Shown: piece after piece, positions 55,413-64,000 of the stretch
How positions within the stretch are numbered: the stretch's first letter is position 1
Layout of the letters: every line of letters starts with the position of its first letter
Assembly (NCBI GenBank): GCA_027021705.1
Contig: JALUTT010000170.1
Span: forward strand, 2,429 to 66,428
Origin: Anaerolineae bacterium
GTDB lineage: Bacteria > Chloroflexota > Anaerolineae > S140-20
Direction of reading: 5' to 3'
Length of the DNA: 64,000 bases
Translations under genes and position numbers: made by a program
Notes under the pieces: model-generated
Seen by the model: only the letters and a program-made list of their open reading frames with translations
The model's database searches: none
Told to the model about the DNA's origin: nothing

Positions 55413-55526
55413 ACCGACCGATCCGGATCGTTGCCAAGAGCACGTCTGCGGGCCGGGGACTGCCTCCCGGCCCGCATTCCCATCTGGGCTCGCCGTCCAG
55501 CAGCGCAGGATAGTGGGTGGATAACA

Positions 55527-56639
55527 ATGAAGCGGTTTGCCGTGCTCCCAGGTCTGGTGGGGCTGGTTCTGGTGAGCCTCGCCCTCGTAGCCGCCCCCAC
55601 AGCGGCTCAGCCGGCCCGGCCCACCCCGTCGGTCCCGAATGTGGGTGATGAGACCTGCCTGGCCTGTCACGACACACCGGGGTTGCAGATCACGCTCCCC
55701 TCGGGTGAGCCCCTCTACCTGACCGTGGACCGGGTGATCTACAAGACCTCGACCCACGGGCGGCTGGGCTATGCCTGCGTCCAGTGCCACACGGATATTG
55801 GCGAGTTCCCTCATCCGCCCCTACAGGTGACCAGCCGGCGGGAATTCACGTTGAAGCTGTACCGGTCCTGTGCTCGGTGCCACGAGGACAAGTACGAGGC
55901 CACCCTGGACAGCGTTCACCAGGCTGCCCTGGCTGCAGGCCACCCGGAGGCTGCCGTCTGCACCGACTGTCACGGGGCCCACAACATCGGGCCACCGGAC
56001 AAACCGCGCAGCCACATCTCCCGAACCTGCCGCCGTTGCCATTCCCAGATCTATGACCTGTATGAGAAGAGCGTCCACGGCGCGGCGCTGATTGACGAAG
56101 GGAACCCTGATGTCCCCTCTTGCACCGACTGTCACGGGGTGCACAGCGTCGAAGGGCCCTCCACCAGCCCGTTTCGCCTCTTCTCACCACAGATCTGTGC
56201 CCGCTGCCACGCCGATCCGAAGCTGATGGGGCGCTATGGCATCAGTACCGACGTCTTCGACACCTACGTCGCCGACTTCCACGGCACCACCGTCATCCTC
56301 TTCGAGGCCATTGCCCCGGATCAGGAGACCAACAAGCCGGTCTGCATTGACTGTCATGGCGTGCACGACATCCAGACGACGGACGATCCGGAGAGCCGGG
56401 TCATTAAGGAAAACCTGCTTGCCACCTGCCGGAAGTGCCATCCTGATGCCACGGCCAACTTCCCTACCGCCTGGCTCAGCCACTACCGGCCCAGTCCCGA
56501 GCACGCACCGCTGGTCTACTTCGTCAACCTGTTCTACGAGATCCTGATCCCCACGGTGATCGGGGCAATGGTGATCTTCAACGCTACCGACATCTACCGA
56601 CGGGTTGTCTGCCGCCTTCGGGAGCGCCGCCATGGGTGA
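55527..56639 (+). CDS. nonahaem c-type cytochrome with signal peptide and C-terminal TM anchor
   Basis: Nine CxxCH motifs. Signal MKRFAVLPGLVGLVLVSLALVAAP. C-terminal hydrophobic helix ILIPTVIGAMVIF. Confidence 0.75.
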   Translation: MKRFAVLPGLVGLVLVSLALVAAPTAAQPARPTPSVPNVGDETCLACHDTPGLQITLPSGEPLYLTVDRVIYKTSTHGRLGYACVQCHTDIGEFPHPPLQVTSRREFTLKLYRSCARCHEDKYEATLDSVHQAALAAGHPEAAVCTDCHGAHNIGPPDKPRSHISRTCRRCHSQIYDLYEKSVHGAALIDEGNPDVPSCTDCHGVHSVEGPSTSPFRLFSPQICARCHADPKLMGRYGISTDVFDTYVADFHGTTVILFEAIAPDQETNKPVCIDCHGVHDIQTTDDPESRVIKENLLATCRKCHPDATANFPTAWLSHYRPSPEHAPLVYFVNLFYEILIPTVIGAMVIFNATDIYRRVVCRLRERRHG

Positions 56640-57786
56640 GGTTCGTAAGTACCTGCGTTTCCCCCTCTCCTACCGCCTCGAGCACGGGCTGCTTATGCTC
56701 AGCTTCACGGTCCTGGCCATCACCGGCCTGGTCCAGAAGTACGCCGGCACCGGCCTTGCCGAAGGGGTCGTGGCCTTGATGGGGGGCATCGAGCGCGTGC
56801 GCATCACGCATCGGGTCGCCGCCATCGTCCTGATGATCGAGACGGTCTACCACGTGGGGGCTGTGGGCTATCGCCTCTTCGTACACCGCGCCCGCCCCAC
56901 AATCCTCCTGACGTTGGACGATGGGCGCATCGCGCTCCAAATGCTGCTGTACAACCTAGGCCTGCGGAAGGAACGCCCCCTTCAAGGTCGCTACACAGTA
57001 GAAGAGAAGATCGAGTACTGGGCCGTGGTCTGGGGAACGCTGATTATGGCGGTCACAGGGTTTATGATGTGGAACCCCATCGCCACCACACGCCTCTTGC
57101 CTGGGGAGTTCGTCCCGGCGGCCAAGGCGGCCCACGGCAACGAAGCCCTTCTGGCCGTGCTGGCCATCCTCGTCTGGCACGTCTACCACGTGCACCTCCG
57201 CCACTTCAACAAGAGCATCTTCACCGGCTACCTCACCGAAGAGGAGATGCGGGAAGAGCATCCCCTGGAGCTGACCACGGTGGAGACGAGGGCCGCTGTG
57301 GAGAGCCCCAGGGTACTGGCCCGGAGGCGCTGGGCCTTCTTCTCCATCTACGGCACGCTGGCAGCCGCCATGTTGGTGGGCATCTACCTCTTCGTCACTT
57401 TCGAGGAGACGGCCATCACGACGGTACCGCCGCCGGAACAGGTGGTGATCTACGCACCGCTGACGCCGACGCCTCTGCCGACGCCGTTGCCTACCCCCAC
57501 GCCGCTGCCTCAAGTGGCCGCCTCCTGGAAGGGGGGGGTGGCCATGCTGCTCCAGGAGCGGTGTGGCAACTGCCACAACAGCACGGCCAGGTTGGGTGGC
57601 CTGGACCTCAGCAGCTACGAAGGAGTCCTGGTGGGCGGTGCCAGCGGCCCGGTCATCGTTCCGGGTGATCCCGCAGCCAGCCTGCTGGTGGTCCGGCAGG
57701 CGGCGGGGGACCATCCTGGCCAGCTCAGTGGTGAAGAGCTGGCCCTGATCCGCCAGTGGATTCAGGCGGGTGCACCAGAACAGTGA
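56632..57786 (+). CDS. membrane b-type cytochrome (cytochrome b561 / hydrogenase-cytb-like 4-5 TM) fused to C-terminal PSCyt1-type c-haem domain
   Basis: Conserved His in TM helices (HRVAAIV..., HGNEALLAV..WHVYHVH). C-terminal CGNCH...GGLDLSSYEGVLVGGASGPVIVPGDPAASLLV. 8-bp overlap with the upstream gene. Confidence 0.65.
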   Translation: MGEVRKYLRFPLSYRLEHGLLMLSFTVLAITGLVQKYAGTGLAEGVVALMGGIERVRITHRVAAIVLMIETVYHVGAVGYRLFVHRARPTILLTLDDGRIALQMLLYNLGLRKERPLQGRYTVEEKIEYWAVVWGTLIMAVTGFMMWNPIATTRLLPGEFVPAAKAAHGNEALLAVLAILVWHVYHVHLRHFNKSIFTGYLTEEEMREEHPLELTTVETRAAVESPRVLARRRWAFFSIYGTLAAAMLVGIYLFVTFEETAITTVPPPEQVVIYAPLTPTPLPTPLPTPTPLPQVAASWKGGVAMLLQERCGNCHNSTARLGGLDLSSYEGVLVGGASGPVIVPGDPAASLLVVRQAAGDHPGQLSGEELALIRQWIQAGAPEQ

Positions 57787-57822
57787 GGGCGATGGGGAGT
57801 CGAGGACGAGAGGAGAAGGACG

Positions 57823-59520
57823 ATGGGTCGTATCCGGCAGGTGTTACGCAGCCTCTTCTTCCCCCCGCCAGGGACCCGGCTATGGCGGTGGCTATTGCCC
57901 TACGCCATCCTGGGCGTGATGACCCTGGTGGTGCTGATCCTCGGCGCGTATAGCTGGGAGTACACCAACTCTCCGGAGTTCTGTGGCACAGCCTGCCACA
58001 CCATGCCTCCCGAGTACACCGCCTACCTGGTCTCACCCCACGCCCGGGTGAAGTGCGTCGAGTGCCACATCGGACGCAGCTTCATCGCCACCCAGATTTC
58101 ACGCAAGGCTGGGGACATTGAGCACATCGTCTCCTTGGCTTTCCGGCGCTACGAGTTCCCCATCTACGTCAGGACGATGCGGCCGGCGCGGGAGAGCTGC
58201 GAACGCTGTCACTACCCGGAGAAGTTCTCCGACGACAGCCTGCGCGAGATCAAGCGCTTCCGCGACGACCGGGACAACACGCCCTACAGCATCTACCTCA
58301 CGCTGAAGACGGGCGGTGGCAGCAAGCGCCAAGGACTGGGAAGGGGCATCCACTGGCACATCGAGAACCCCGTCTACTACCTGGCCCTGGACCCCGATGA
58401 GCAGGTGATCCCCTACGTGCGGGTGGTGGGCGACGATGGGTCCGTCACCGAGTATGTGGATGTCGAGGCCGACATCAACCCGGCGGAGATAGACCCGGCC
58501 GACCTGAAGGAGATGGACTGCATCACTTGTCACAACCGCATCACCCACCTGATCCGCCCGCCTGACGATATTGTAGACCAACTGATGGCGCGCCGAGTGA
58601 TCTCGCCGGAGATCCCGGAGATCCACCGCAAGGCCGTCGAGGCGCTCAGCACCCGTTACGACTCCATCGAGATAGCGATGAACGCCATTGCTGGCCTGAT
58701 GGGCTACTATCAGACCTACTACCCGGATTTCTACGCGGCCAACCGGGATCAGATTGAGGCGGCCATTGCGGCCCTGCAGGAGGCCTACCGACAGAGCGTC
58801 TTCCCGGAGCAGAAGGCCGATTGGACCACCCACGTCAACGAGATTGGTCACAAGTACTCACCCGGCTGTTTCCGTTGCCACGACGGCAAGCACTTGAACG
58901 CGCAACAAGAGGCCATCCGGCTGGAGTGCAACCTCTGTCACTCGATCCCCGTGGTGGTCGGCCCCAACGACTTCGTCGCCAGGATCGAGATCAGTCGGGG
59001 GCCGGAGCCTAAGTCCCACCTGCACGCCAACTGGATTGGCCTGCACCGCGACATCTTCGACGACACCTGCGCCAACTGCCATACCACCGAGGACCCCGGA
59101 GGGACCAGCAACGTCTCCTTCTGCTCCAACAGCGCCTGTCACGGTACGGTGTGGGAGTACGCTGGCCTGGATGCGCCGGAACTGCGCAAGATCCTGGCCC
59201 AGCAGATCCCCCAGATTGCCCCGACCCCGACCCCCATCCCCGAAGGCATCGCCCTTACCTACGCCGATACCATCGGGCCGCTGCTCCGGGACCGCTGTGG
59301 CACCTGCCACGGGGAGAAGGGGATCCAGGGGCTCAACCTGACCACCTACGAAGGGCTGCTGAAGGGTGGGGCCGGCGGGCCAGCCATCGTGCCCGGCGAC
59401 CCGGACAAGAGCTTGCTCGTTCAGGAGCAGCGGGGGGAGCAACCCCACTTCGGTCAGCTGACCGACCAAGAGCTGGAATTGGTCATCCAATGGATCGAGG
59501 CTGGTGCACCGAAGGACTAA
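57823..59520 (+). CDS. NapC/NirT/NrfH-like membrane-anchored multihaem cytochrome c with C-terminal PSCyt1 domain
   Basis: N-terminal TM plus CGTACH / CVECH tetrahaem quinol-dehydrogenase-like arrangement. Further CxxCH motifs (CERCH, CITCH, CFRCH, CNLCH, CANCH). C-terminal CGTCHGEKGIQGLNLTTYEGLLKGGAGGPAIVPGDPDKSLLV. Confidence 0.7.
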   Translation: MGRIRQVLRSLFFPPPGTRLWRWLLPYAILGVMTLVVLILGAYSWEYTNSPEFCGTACHTMPPEYTAYLVSPHARVKCVECHIGRSFIATQISRKAGDIEHIVSLAFRRYEFPIYVRTMRPARESCERCHYPEKFSDDSLREIKRFRDDRDNTPYSIYLTLKTGGGSKRQGLGRGIHWHIENPVYYLALDPDEQVIPYVRVVGDDGSVTEYVDVEADINPAEIDPADLKEMDCITCHNRITHLIRPPDDIVDQLMARRVISPEIPEIHRKAVEALSTRYDSIEIAMNAIAGLMGYYQTYYPDFYAANRDQIEAAIAALQEAYRQSVFPEQKADWTTHVNEIGHKYSPGCFRCHDGKHLNAQQEAIRLECNLCHSIPVVVGPNDFVARIEISRGPEPKSHLHANWIGLHRDIFDDTCANCHTTEDPGGTSNVSFCSNSACHGTVWEYAGLDAPELRKILAQQIPQIAPTPTPIPEGIALTYADTIGPLLRDRCGTCHGEKGIQGLNLTTYEGLLKGGAGGPAIVPGDPDKSLLVQEQRGEQPHFGQLTDQELELVIQWIEAGAPKD

Positions 59521-59549
59521 CCTCCTTCTCCGTCTCCCGGTCGGTGGTC

Positions 59550-59587
59550 GGACCGGGCACCGGAGGGTGCCCGGTCCCTCTTTTGGG
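59550..59587 (+). terminator. rho-independent terminator of the cytochrome operon
   Basis: ggaccgggcacc-ggag-ggtgcccggtcc followed by ctcttttgg. Confidence 0.7.
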
Positions 59588-59737
59588 GCGAGTGACCGGG
59601 CGATCCCCCCCCCGGGTCGGTGGTCTAGGGGCGCTCTGCCGCGCCGTCGAAGGGTCCTGTGCTTCCGGGTGTCCTGGGGGACAGGGAGATACCGGTGCGA
59701 AAAGAGCCTCTCTCTAAAATTTTTGGGGTTGGACAAC

Positions 59738-59766
59738 TTGACAACTTCGACCTCATGGACTACAAT
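59738..59766 (+). promoter_or_regulatory. consensus sigma-70 promoter of the tRNA cluster (TTGACA-17-TACAAT) with an upstream A/T-rich tract
   Basis: ttgaca at 59738-59743, a 17-nt spacer, then tacaat at 59761-59766. tRNA-Phe begins at 59779. Confidence 0.7.
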
Positions 59767-59778
59767 TAAGGGCGAAGC

Positions 59779-59852
59779 GCCGAGGTAGCTCAGCCTGGTA
59801 GAGCACTTGACTGAAAATCAAGGAGTCCCCAGTTCAAATCTGGGCCTCGGCA
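59779..59852 (+). tRNA. tRNA-Phe (GAA)
   Basis: Manual cloverleaf folding. Acceptor GCCGAGG/CCTCGGC. Anticodon loop CTGAAAA. T-loop GGTTCAAATCC. Confidence 0.8.
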
Positions 59853-59860
59853 TTGTGCCA

Positions 59861-59934
<74 letters not shown>

Positions 59935-59957
59935 TGATCTCCCTCCGGGGAGCCACT

Positions 59958-60028
59958 GGCGGCGTCGCCAAGGGGTAAGGCAAGGGTCTGCAAAACCCTC
60001 ATCGCCGGTTCGAATCCGGCCGCCGCCT
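59958..60028 (+). tRNA. tRNA-Cys (GCA)
   Basis: Acceptor GGCGGCG/CGCCGCC. Anticodon loop CTGCAAA. T-loop GGTTCGAATCC. Confidence 0.8.
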
Positions 60029-60093
60029 CTGAGGGAATGCAACGGGAGGGGTCAAGGCCGGTAGCGATTTGCTATCGGCTTTCGTTGTTGTGT

Positions 60094-60175
60094 GGGGCGG
60101 TGGCGGAACGGTAGACGCATCGGTCTTAAAAACCGAGGGGCTCGGCCCGTGTGGGTTCGAATCCCACCCGCCCTA
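60094..60175 (+). tRNA. tRNA-Leu (TAA), long variable arm
   Basis: D-arm TGGCGGAACGGTAGACGC. Anticodon loop CTTAAAA. Variable arm GGGGCTCGGCCCGTG. T-loop GGTTCGAATCC. The 5' end is approximate. Confidence 0.7.
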
Positions 60176-60284
60176 CTTCCCCCGCTCCTCTTGCGAGGCC
60201 CTCCCCTTGTGACCCGCCCTCCCTCAAACCAAGTGGAACTGGCAAGGGCAACCGACCGGGGTTGCCTTTGCTTTAGGAGGCAAC

Positions 60285-61826
60285 GTGACCCTTCTGGCCG
60301 TGCTTTACAGCATCGCCGGCGTCTGGCTGGCCCTCTACGGGCTGAACGCCCTGGTTTTGGCCCTGCTTTACCTGAGAGCGAGGCCTACGTCTTTCCTCCG
60401 AGAGGAATCCTCCGTCCCCCGGCTCCCTTCCGATCCCCCACCGGTGACCATCCAGTTGCCCATCTACAACGAGCGCCACGTGGTCGTCCGACTGATAGAC
60501 GCCGTCGCGGCCCTGGACTACCCGCGCGACCGCCTCCAGGTCCAGGTGCTGGACGATTCCGACGACGAAACGACGGCACTGGCCGCCCGACGGATCGCCT
60601 ACCACCAGAGCCGGGGCGTCAGAATCGAACTGGTACGGCGGCCCGACCGGTCCGGTTACAAGGCCGGCGCGCTGGCCTACGGCCTCACCCGGGCCTGGGG
60701 GGAGTTCATCGCCGTCTTCGACGCCGATTTCGTCCCGCCCCCTGACTTTCTGAAGCGCACCCTCCCCTACTTCCTGCAAGACCCCCGCTTGGGGATGGTT
60801 CAGGCCCGGTGGGACCACCTGAACGCCGAGTACTCCCCTCTCACCCGTGCCCAGGCGCTGGCCCTGGATGGCCATTTCATCGTAGAGCAGACGGCCCGCA
60901 ACCGCCACGGGCTGCTGATGAACTTCAACGGCACTGCCGGCGTCTGGCGACGGCGTTGCATTGAGGAGAGCGGGGGGTGGCAGACAGACACCCTCTCGGA
61001 GGACCTGGACTTGAGCTATCGGGCTCAGTTGGCTGGCTGGCGCTGCCTCTACCTGCCCTGGGTGGCCGTTCCTGCCGAACTGCCGCCCCAACTGGCGGCC
61101 CTCAAACGGCAGCAGTTCCGATGGGCCAAAGGGTCCATCCAGTGCCTGCTCAAACTGACCCCCTCTCTCCTCACTTCCCGGCTCACCCTGTCTCAGAAGA
61201 TCGGGGCGATGCTGCATCTGAGTAGCTACCTGGCCCATCCGCTGATGCTGTTGTTGTTGCTGACGGCGCTTCCCCTCTTCCGATACGCCGGAGAGGTTCG
61301 CCTGCCGATGGCGATGGCCTACCTGGGCTTCGCCAGCCTTGGTCCGCCGCTGGTCTACGCCCTTGCCCAGGTGGCCCTGCACCGGGACTGGCCCCGTCGT
61401 CTGGCCTACTTTCCCCTGTTGGCCCTGCTGGGGACCGGCATCGCGCTGAACAACACCCAGGCCGCCCTCCAGGCCCTGCTCCGACGCCCCAGCGGGTTCG
61501 CCCGCACGCCCAAGTTCCGCCTGGAGGGAGGGCAAGGCCGTTGGGAGCGCAGCGACTACCGGCTCTCCGTGGACTGGACGGTGGTGGGGGAGGTGTTGTT
61601 GAGCCTCTACGCGCTGCTGACGATGGCGGTCGCCTGGCGGAGCGGTAACGGGTACGCACTGCCCTTCCTGGCCCTCTACGCGGTAGGCTTCGGCCTCACC
61701 GCTTGGCTGGGGGTCTGGCAGGGGTGGGTCGTCCCGGCCCGTTCCCGCCGTCGCTTTCCTACCGTTCCCTCGCTCACTTATGGGTGTCCGCCGGGACAGG
61801 ATCACCAGGAGTTGTCCGGGCGATAG
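60285..61826 (+). CDS. processive family-2 glycosyltransferase (cellulose-synthase-like, QxxRW type)
   Basis: DDSDD / D.D motifs. QQFRWAKGS (QxxRW). N- and C-terminal TM helices. Confidence 0.75.
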   Translation: MTLLAVLYSIAGVWLALYGLNALVLALLYLRARPTSFLREESSVPRLPSDPPPVTIQLPIYNERHVVVRLIDAVAALDYPRDRLQVQVLDDSDDETTALAARRIAYHQSRGVRIELVRRPDRSGYKAGALAYGLTRAWGEFIAVFDADFVPPPDFLKRTLPYFLQDPRLGMVQARWDHLNAEYSPLTRAQALALDGHFIVEQTARNRHGLLMNFNGTAGVWRRRCIEESGGWQTDTLSEDLDLSYRAQLAGWRCLYLPWVAVPAELPPQLAALKRQQFRWAKGSIQCLLKLTPSLLTSRLTLSQKIGAMLHLSSYLAHPLMLLLLLTALPLFRYAGEVRLPMAMAYLGFASLGPPLVYALAQVALHRDWPRRLAYFPLLALLGTGIALNNTQAALQALLRRPSGFARTPKFRLEGGQGRWERSDYRLSVDWTVVGEVLLSLYALLTMAVAWRSGNGYALPFLALYAVGFGLTAWLGVWQGWVVPARSRRRFPTVPSLTYGCPPGQDHQELSGR

Positions 61827-61885
61827 AACTGTGCTACAATGAAACGGGTCGCTTACGAATTGCAGAATGAAGGAGGGAAACACCT

Positions 61886-62782
61886 ATGGGCAACAACGGA
61901 CGCGGAAGAGGCTCAATGGAACTGCGGGGGTTGATGCCCACGCCAGAGGAGCGTTGGGCCTTGATGCGCAGTTACTTGGAGCTGGGGGAGAGCGACCTGG
62001 AGGCTATGGCTGCAACGGTGGAGCCTCTCTTTCGACGCGGGCCCGACCTGGTGAAGGAGAACTATGACTACCTGGCCCGCTTCCCGGAGACGGCGGCGGT
62101 GCTGGGCTGGGAGGACGGCATTGACGAAGAGCACCTGGAGGAACGACGTCGCTTCTTCACCATCTGGCTGGCTCGGTTGCTGGGGCTGGACCTGAGCGAC
62201 GATATGGCCCGTTACATGTTCTACGCCGGTAAGGTCCACGCCGGCCACGGCCCCCGCCGCATCCACGTCCCCGACATCTTCGTCACCGGGGCCGTCAGCC
62301 GGGTGCAGGCCGACTTCGCCGCCACCATCCAGGCCCACATCTCCGACGCCGGTCTGATCGCCCGAGCCCTGGCCGGCTGGAACAAAGTGCTGACCATGCA
62401 CCTGGACATGATGCTGATGGGCTACCAAGTGGCGCGGGCGGTGGATGAAGGCCCCAACCCGGTGCGGGTTACCCTCTTCGGACGGTTGCGCTCCCTCGTC
62501 GGCCGCCAGGAGATGGTCATCCGCACCGGCCCGAACGCCCGGGTGGCCGACGTGCTACGCAAGTTCTTCAACTACTACCCGGAGGCCCGCCACGAGGCCC
62601 TAGAGGCCCATCCCGAGCCCCTGGAGGAAGGAGAGTCGCTCTGGCTGGAGCTGACGGAAGTCTACGTGCCCCGCAAGTCGTGGCGGGTGCTGCGCAACGG
62701 GCGCGACCTGAACTACAACGGCGGTTTTGAGGCCCCCGTCGAGGCGGGAGATGAAGTCGCCCTCTTCCCACCAGGACGCTGA
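61886..62782 (+). CDS. protoglobin-domain protein fused to a C-terminal MoaD/ThiS-like beta-grasp domain
   Basis: N-terminal roughly 190 aa match the protoglobin pattern (ENYDYLARFPETAAVLGWEDG...ERRRRFFTIWL...YMFYAGKVHAGHG). C-terminal VRVTLFGRLR...VLRNGRDL...AGDEVALFPPGR is MoaD-like but lacks the terminal GG. Confidence 0.5.
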   Translation: MGNNGRGRGSMELRGLMPTPEERWALMRSYLELGESDLEAMAATVEPLFRRGPDLVKENYDYLARFPETAAVLGWEDGIDEEHLEERRRFFTIWLARLLGLDLSDDMARYMFYAGKVHAGHGPRRIHVPDIFVTGAVSRVQADFAATIQAHISDAGLIARALAGWNKVLTMHLDMMLMGYQVARAVDEGPNPVRVTLFGRLRSLVGRQEMVIRTGPNARVADVLRKFFNYYPEARHEALEAHPEPLEEGESLWLELTEVYVPRKSWRVLRNGRDLNYNGGFEAPVEAGDEVALFPPGR

Positions 62783-62849
62783 GGAAGGGGGTGCAAATCT
62801 TTGATCCACCCTTCCAGCGTGGGGAGGTCCTGGCCCCGTTGCGCTAGCG

Positions 62850-63120
62850 CATCCCGCCCTTGCGGGAAGAACGTCCTTTGAAGCAGGTCGTGCTGTTTGG
62901 CGCTTATGCGAAGGGGACGTAATCGCTGTCCGTGAAGTTGAACTCCCGAACGTTTGTGAAGGGGAGCCCCGCGAAGACGCCTACGCCCTGGTCAAACAGA
63001 CCTTGGGCATCCGTCGCCTGGAGCTTCACGTCTACGCGGAAGGGGAGTATGAGCAGCTCAGGCCGACCATCGCCCGGATGATCAGGGTGGTATCCCGCTG
63101 CCGGAGAGCACCGAAGGGGC
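62850..63120 (+). pseudogene. frameshifted remnant of a nucleotidyltransferase (MNT-type antitoxin-like) gene
   Basis: One frame reads KQVVLFGAYAKGT then stops (taa). The -1 frame continues DVIAVREVEL..., resembling LFGSYARG...DIDLAV of minimal nucleotidyltransferases. Confidence 0.3.
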
Positions 63121-63181
63121 AGCGGATCCGTAGGCGCTCCGGGGCCCACCGTTGGACGGCCTCGTGCCTGGGGACCCTGCG

Positions 63182-64000
63182 GTGACTTCTGCGGAAGAGG
63201 ACAGACGCCAGATCGTCCGGGCGGCAACGGTGGTGATGACCGCCTTCATCCTCAGTCGGCTCTTGGGGCTGGTCCGGCAGCGGGTGATCGGCCTCTACTT
63301 CGGCACCAGCGCCGACCTGGACGCCTACCTGGCTGCCTTCCGCATCCCTGATCTCATCTTTCAATTGATGGCCGGCGGAGCCCTCGGCTCCGCCTTCATC
63401 CCCACTTTCACCGGCTACCTGGCCCGAGGTGACCGGCCCGGAGCTTGGCGGCTGGCCAGCGCCGTCATCAACTTGCTGCTGGTCACGCTGACGGGGTCCG
63501 CCCTCCTGGCCGGCCTGACCGCCCCCTGGCTAGTCGCTACCCTCATCGCCCCCGGCTTTCCCCCGGCCCAACAGCAGCTCACCGTCGCGCTGATGCGGGT
63601 GATGCTCCTCTCGACCATCGTCTTCGGCGTCAGCGGTGTGGTGATGGGGGCGCTGAACGCCTACCAGCACTTCCTGTTGCCGGCCGTGGCTCCGATGCTC
63701 TACAACCTGGGGATCATCGGGGGGGCGGTCCTCCTCTCGCCCACGCAGGGGGTGATGGGGCTGGCGGTGGGGGTGGTGGTCGGCGCGGCGCTCCACCTCT
63801 TGGTCCAGGTGCCGAGTCTCCTCCGCTTCCAGGCTCGCTACACTCCTCTGCTCACCCTGCGGGACCCCGGTGTGCAAGAGGTGCTCCGGCTGATGGCCCC
63901 TCGGGTGCTGGGGCTGGCCGTCGTCCAGGTCAACTTTCTGGTCAATACCAACCTGGCTTCCCGGCTGGGGGAGGGGCCGCTGTCAGCCCTCAACTACGCT
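63182..64000 (+). CDS. murJ: lipid II flippase MurJ (3' partial, runs off the window)
   Basis: GTG start. AFILSRLLGLVRQRVIGLYFGTSADLDAYLAAFRIPDLIFQLMAGGALGSAFIP is the canonical MurJ/MviN N-terminus. Confidence 0.8.
   Translation, partial: MTSAEEDRRQIVRAATVVMTAFILSRLLGLVRQRVIGLYFGTSADLDAYLAAFRIPDLIFQLMAGGALGSAFIPTFTGYLARGDRPGAWRLASAVINLLLVTLTGSALLAGLTAPWLVATLIAPGFPPAQQQLTVALMRVMLLSTIVFGVSGVVMGALNAYQHFLLPAVAPMLYNLGIIGGAVLLSPTQGVMGLAVGVVVGAALHLLVQVPSLLRFQARYTPLLTLRDPGVQEVLRLMAPRVLGLAVVQVNFLVNTNLASRLGEGPLSALNYA

Overview
High-GC (about 65-68%), gene-dense bacterial chromosomal segment. Several protein families present (PSCyt1 cytochrome domains, LysM-M23, System I cytochrome c maturation) suggest a Chloroflexota-like thermophile, but this is inference only. 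The main blocks are as follows. (1) 613-2673: an alpha/beta hydrolase, an adenosine-specific-kinase-like gene and an HD phosphohydrolase. (2) 2693-11010: a translationally coupled pair made of a tandem class III nucleotidyl cyclase fused to an AAA ATPase and TPR repeats, followed by a 1367-aa secreted PPC-domain/caspase-like peptidase. (3) 11029-14458: a DUF192 gene, a small DNA-binding-like gene and a retropepsin-like aspartic protease, with overlapping start/stop codons, then a LysM-M23 peptidase and a PgeF/YfiH-like gene. (4) 17068-29576, minus strand: a long System I cytochrome c maturation (ccm) cluster in the order tlpA, ccdA, ccmD, ccmC, ccmB, ccmA, tlpA, ccmH, ccmF, ccmE. The cluster is interrupted by a single-HKD PLD-family nuclease between ccmA and ccmB, a diheme cytochrome c and two zinc-ribbon membrane proteins. 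Its CcmE carries the variant CxxxY haem-binding motif. (5) 29987-36060: metG and envelope glycosylation genes. (6) 36125-48562: a signalling island with a GAF-PP2C phosphatase, two response regulators, two large multi-GAF/PAS histidine kinases and an ECF sigma factor with a 923-aa anti-sigma factor. (7) 54168-59520: a four-gene multihaem cytochrome cluster. It encodes an octahaem lipoprotein with a collagen-like Gly-Pro-X tether, a nonahaem membrane-anchored cytochrome, a cytochrome b fused to a PSCyt1 c-type domain, and a NapC/NirT-like multihaem protein with a PSCyt1 tail. Two tandem CRP/FNR-type GTGA-N6-TCAC boxes sit in class-II position upstream, and a separate FNR/FixK-type TTGA-N6-TCAA box lies at 51622. 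This is the best candidate for a novel system, possibly a quinol-linked or extracellular electron-transfer conduit. (8) 59779-60175: four tRNA genes (Phe, Gly, Cys, Leu) behind a textbook sigma-70 promoter, then a cellulose-synthase-like GT2, a protoglobin-MoaD fusion and murJ (3' partial). In addition, a roughly 120-bp intergenic element with 20-bp terminal inverted repeats occurs four times (MITE/REP-like). There are also several tandem repeats, both inside CDSs and in intergenic regions.
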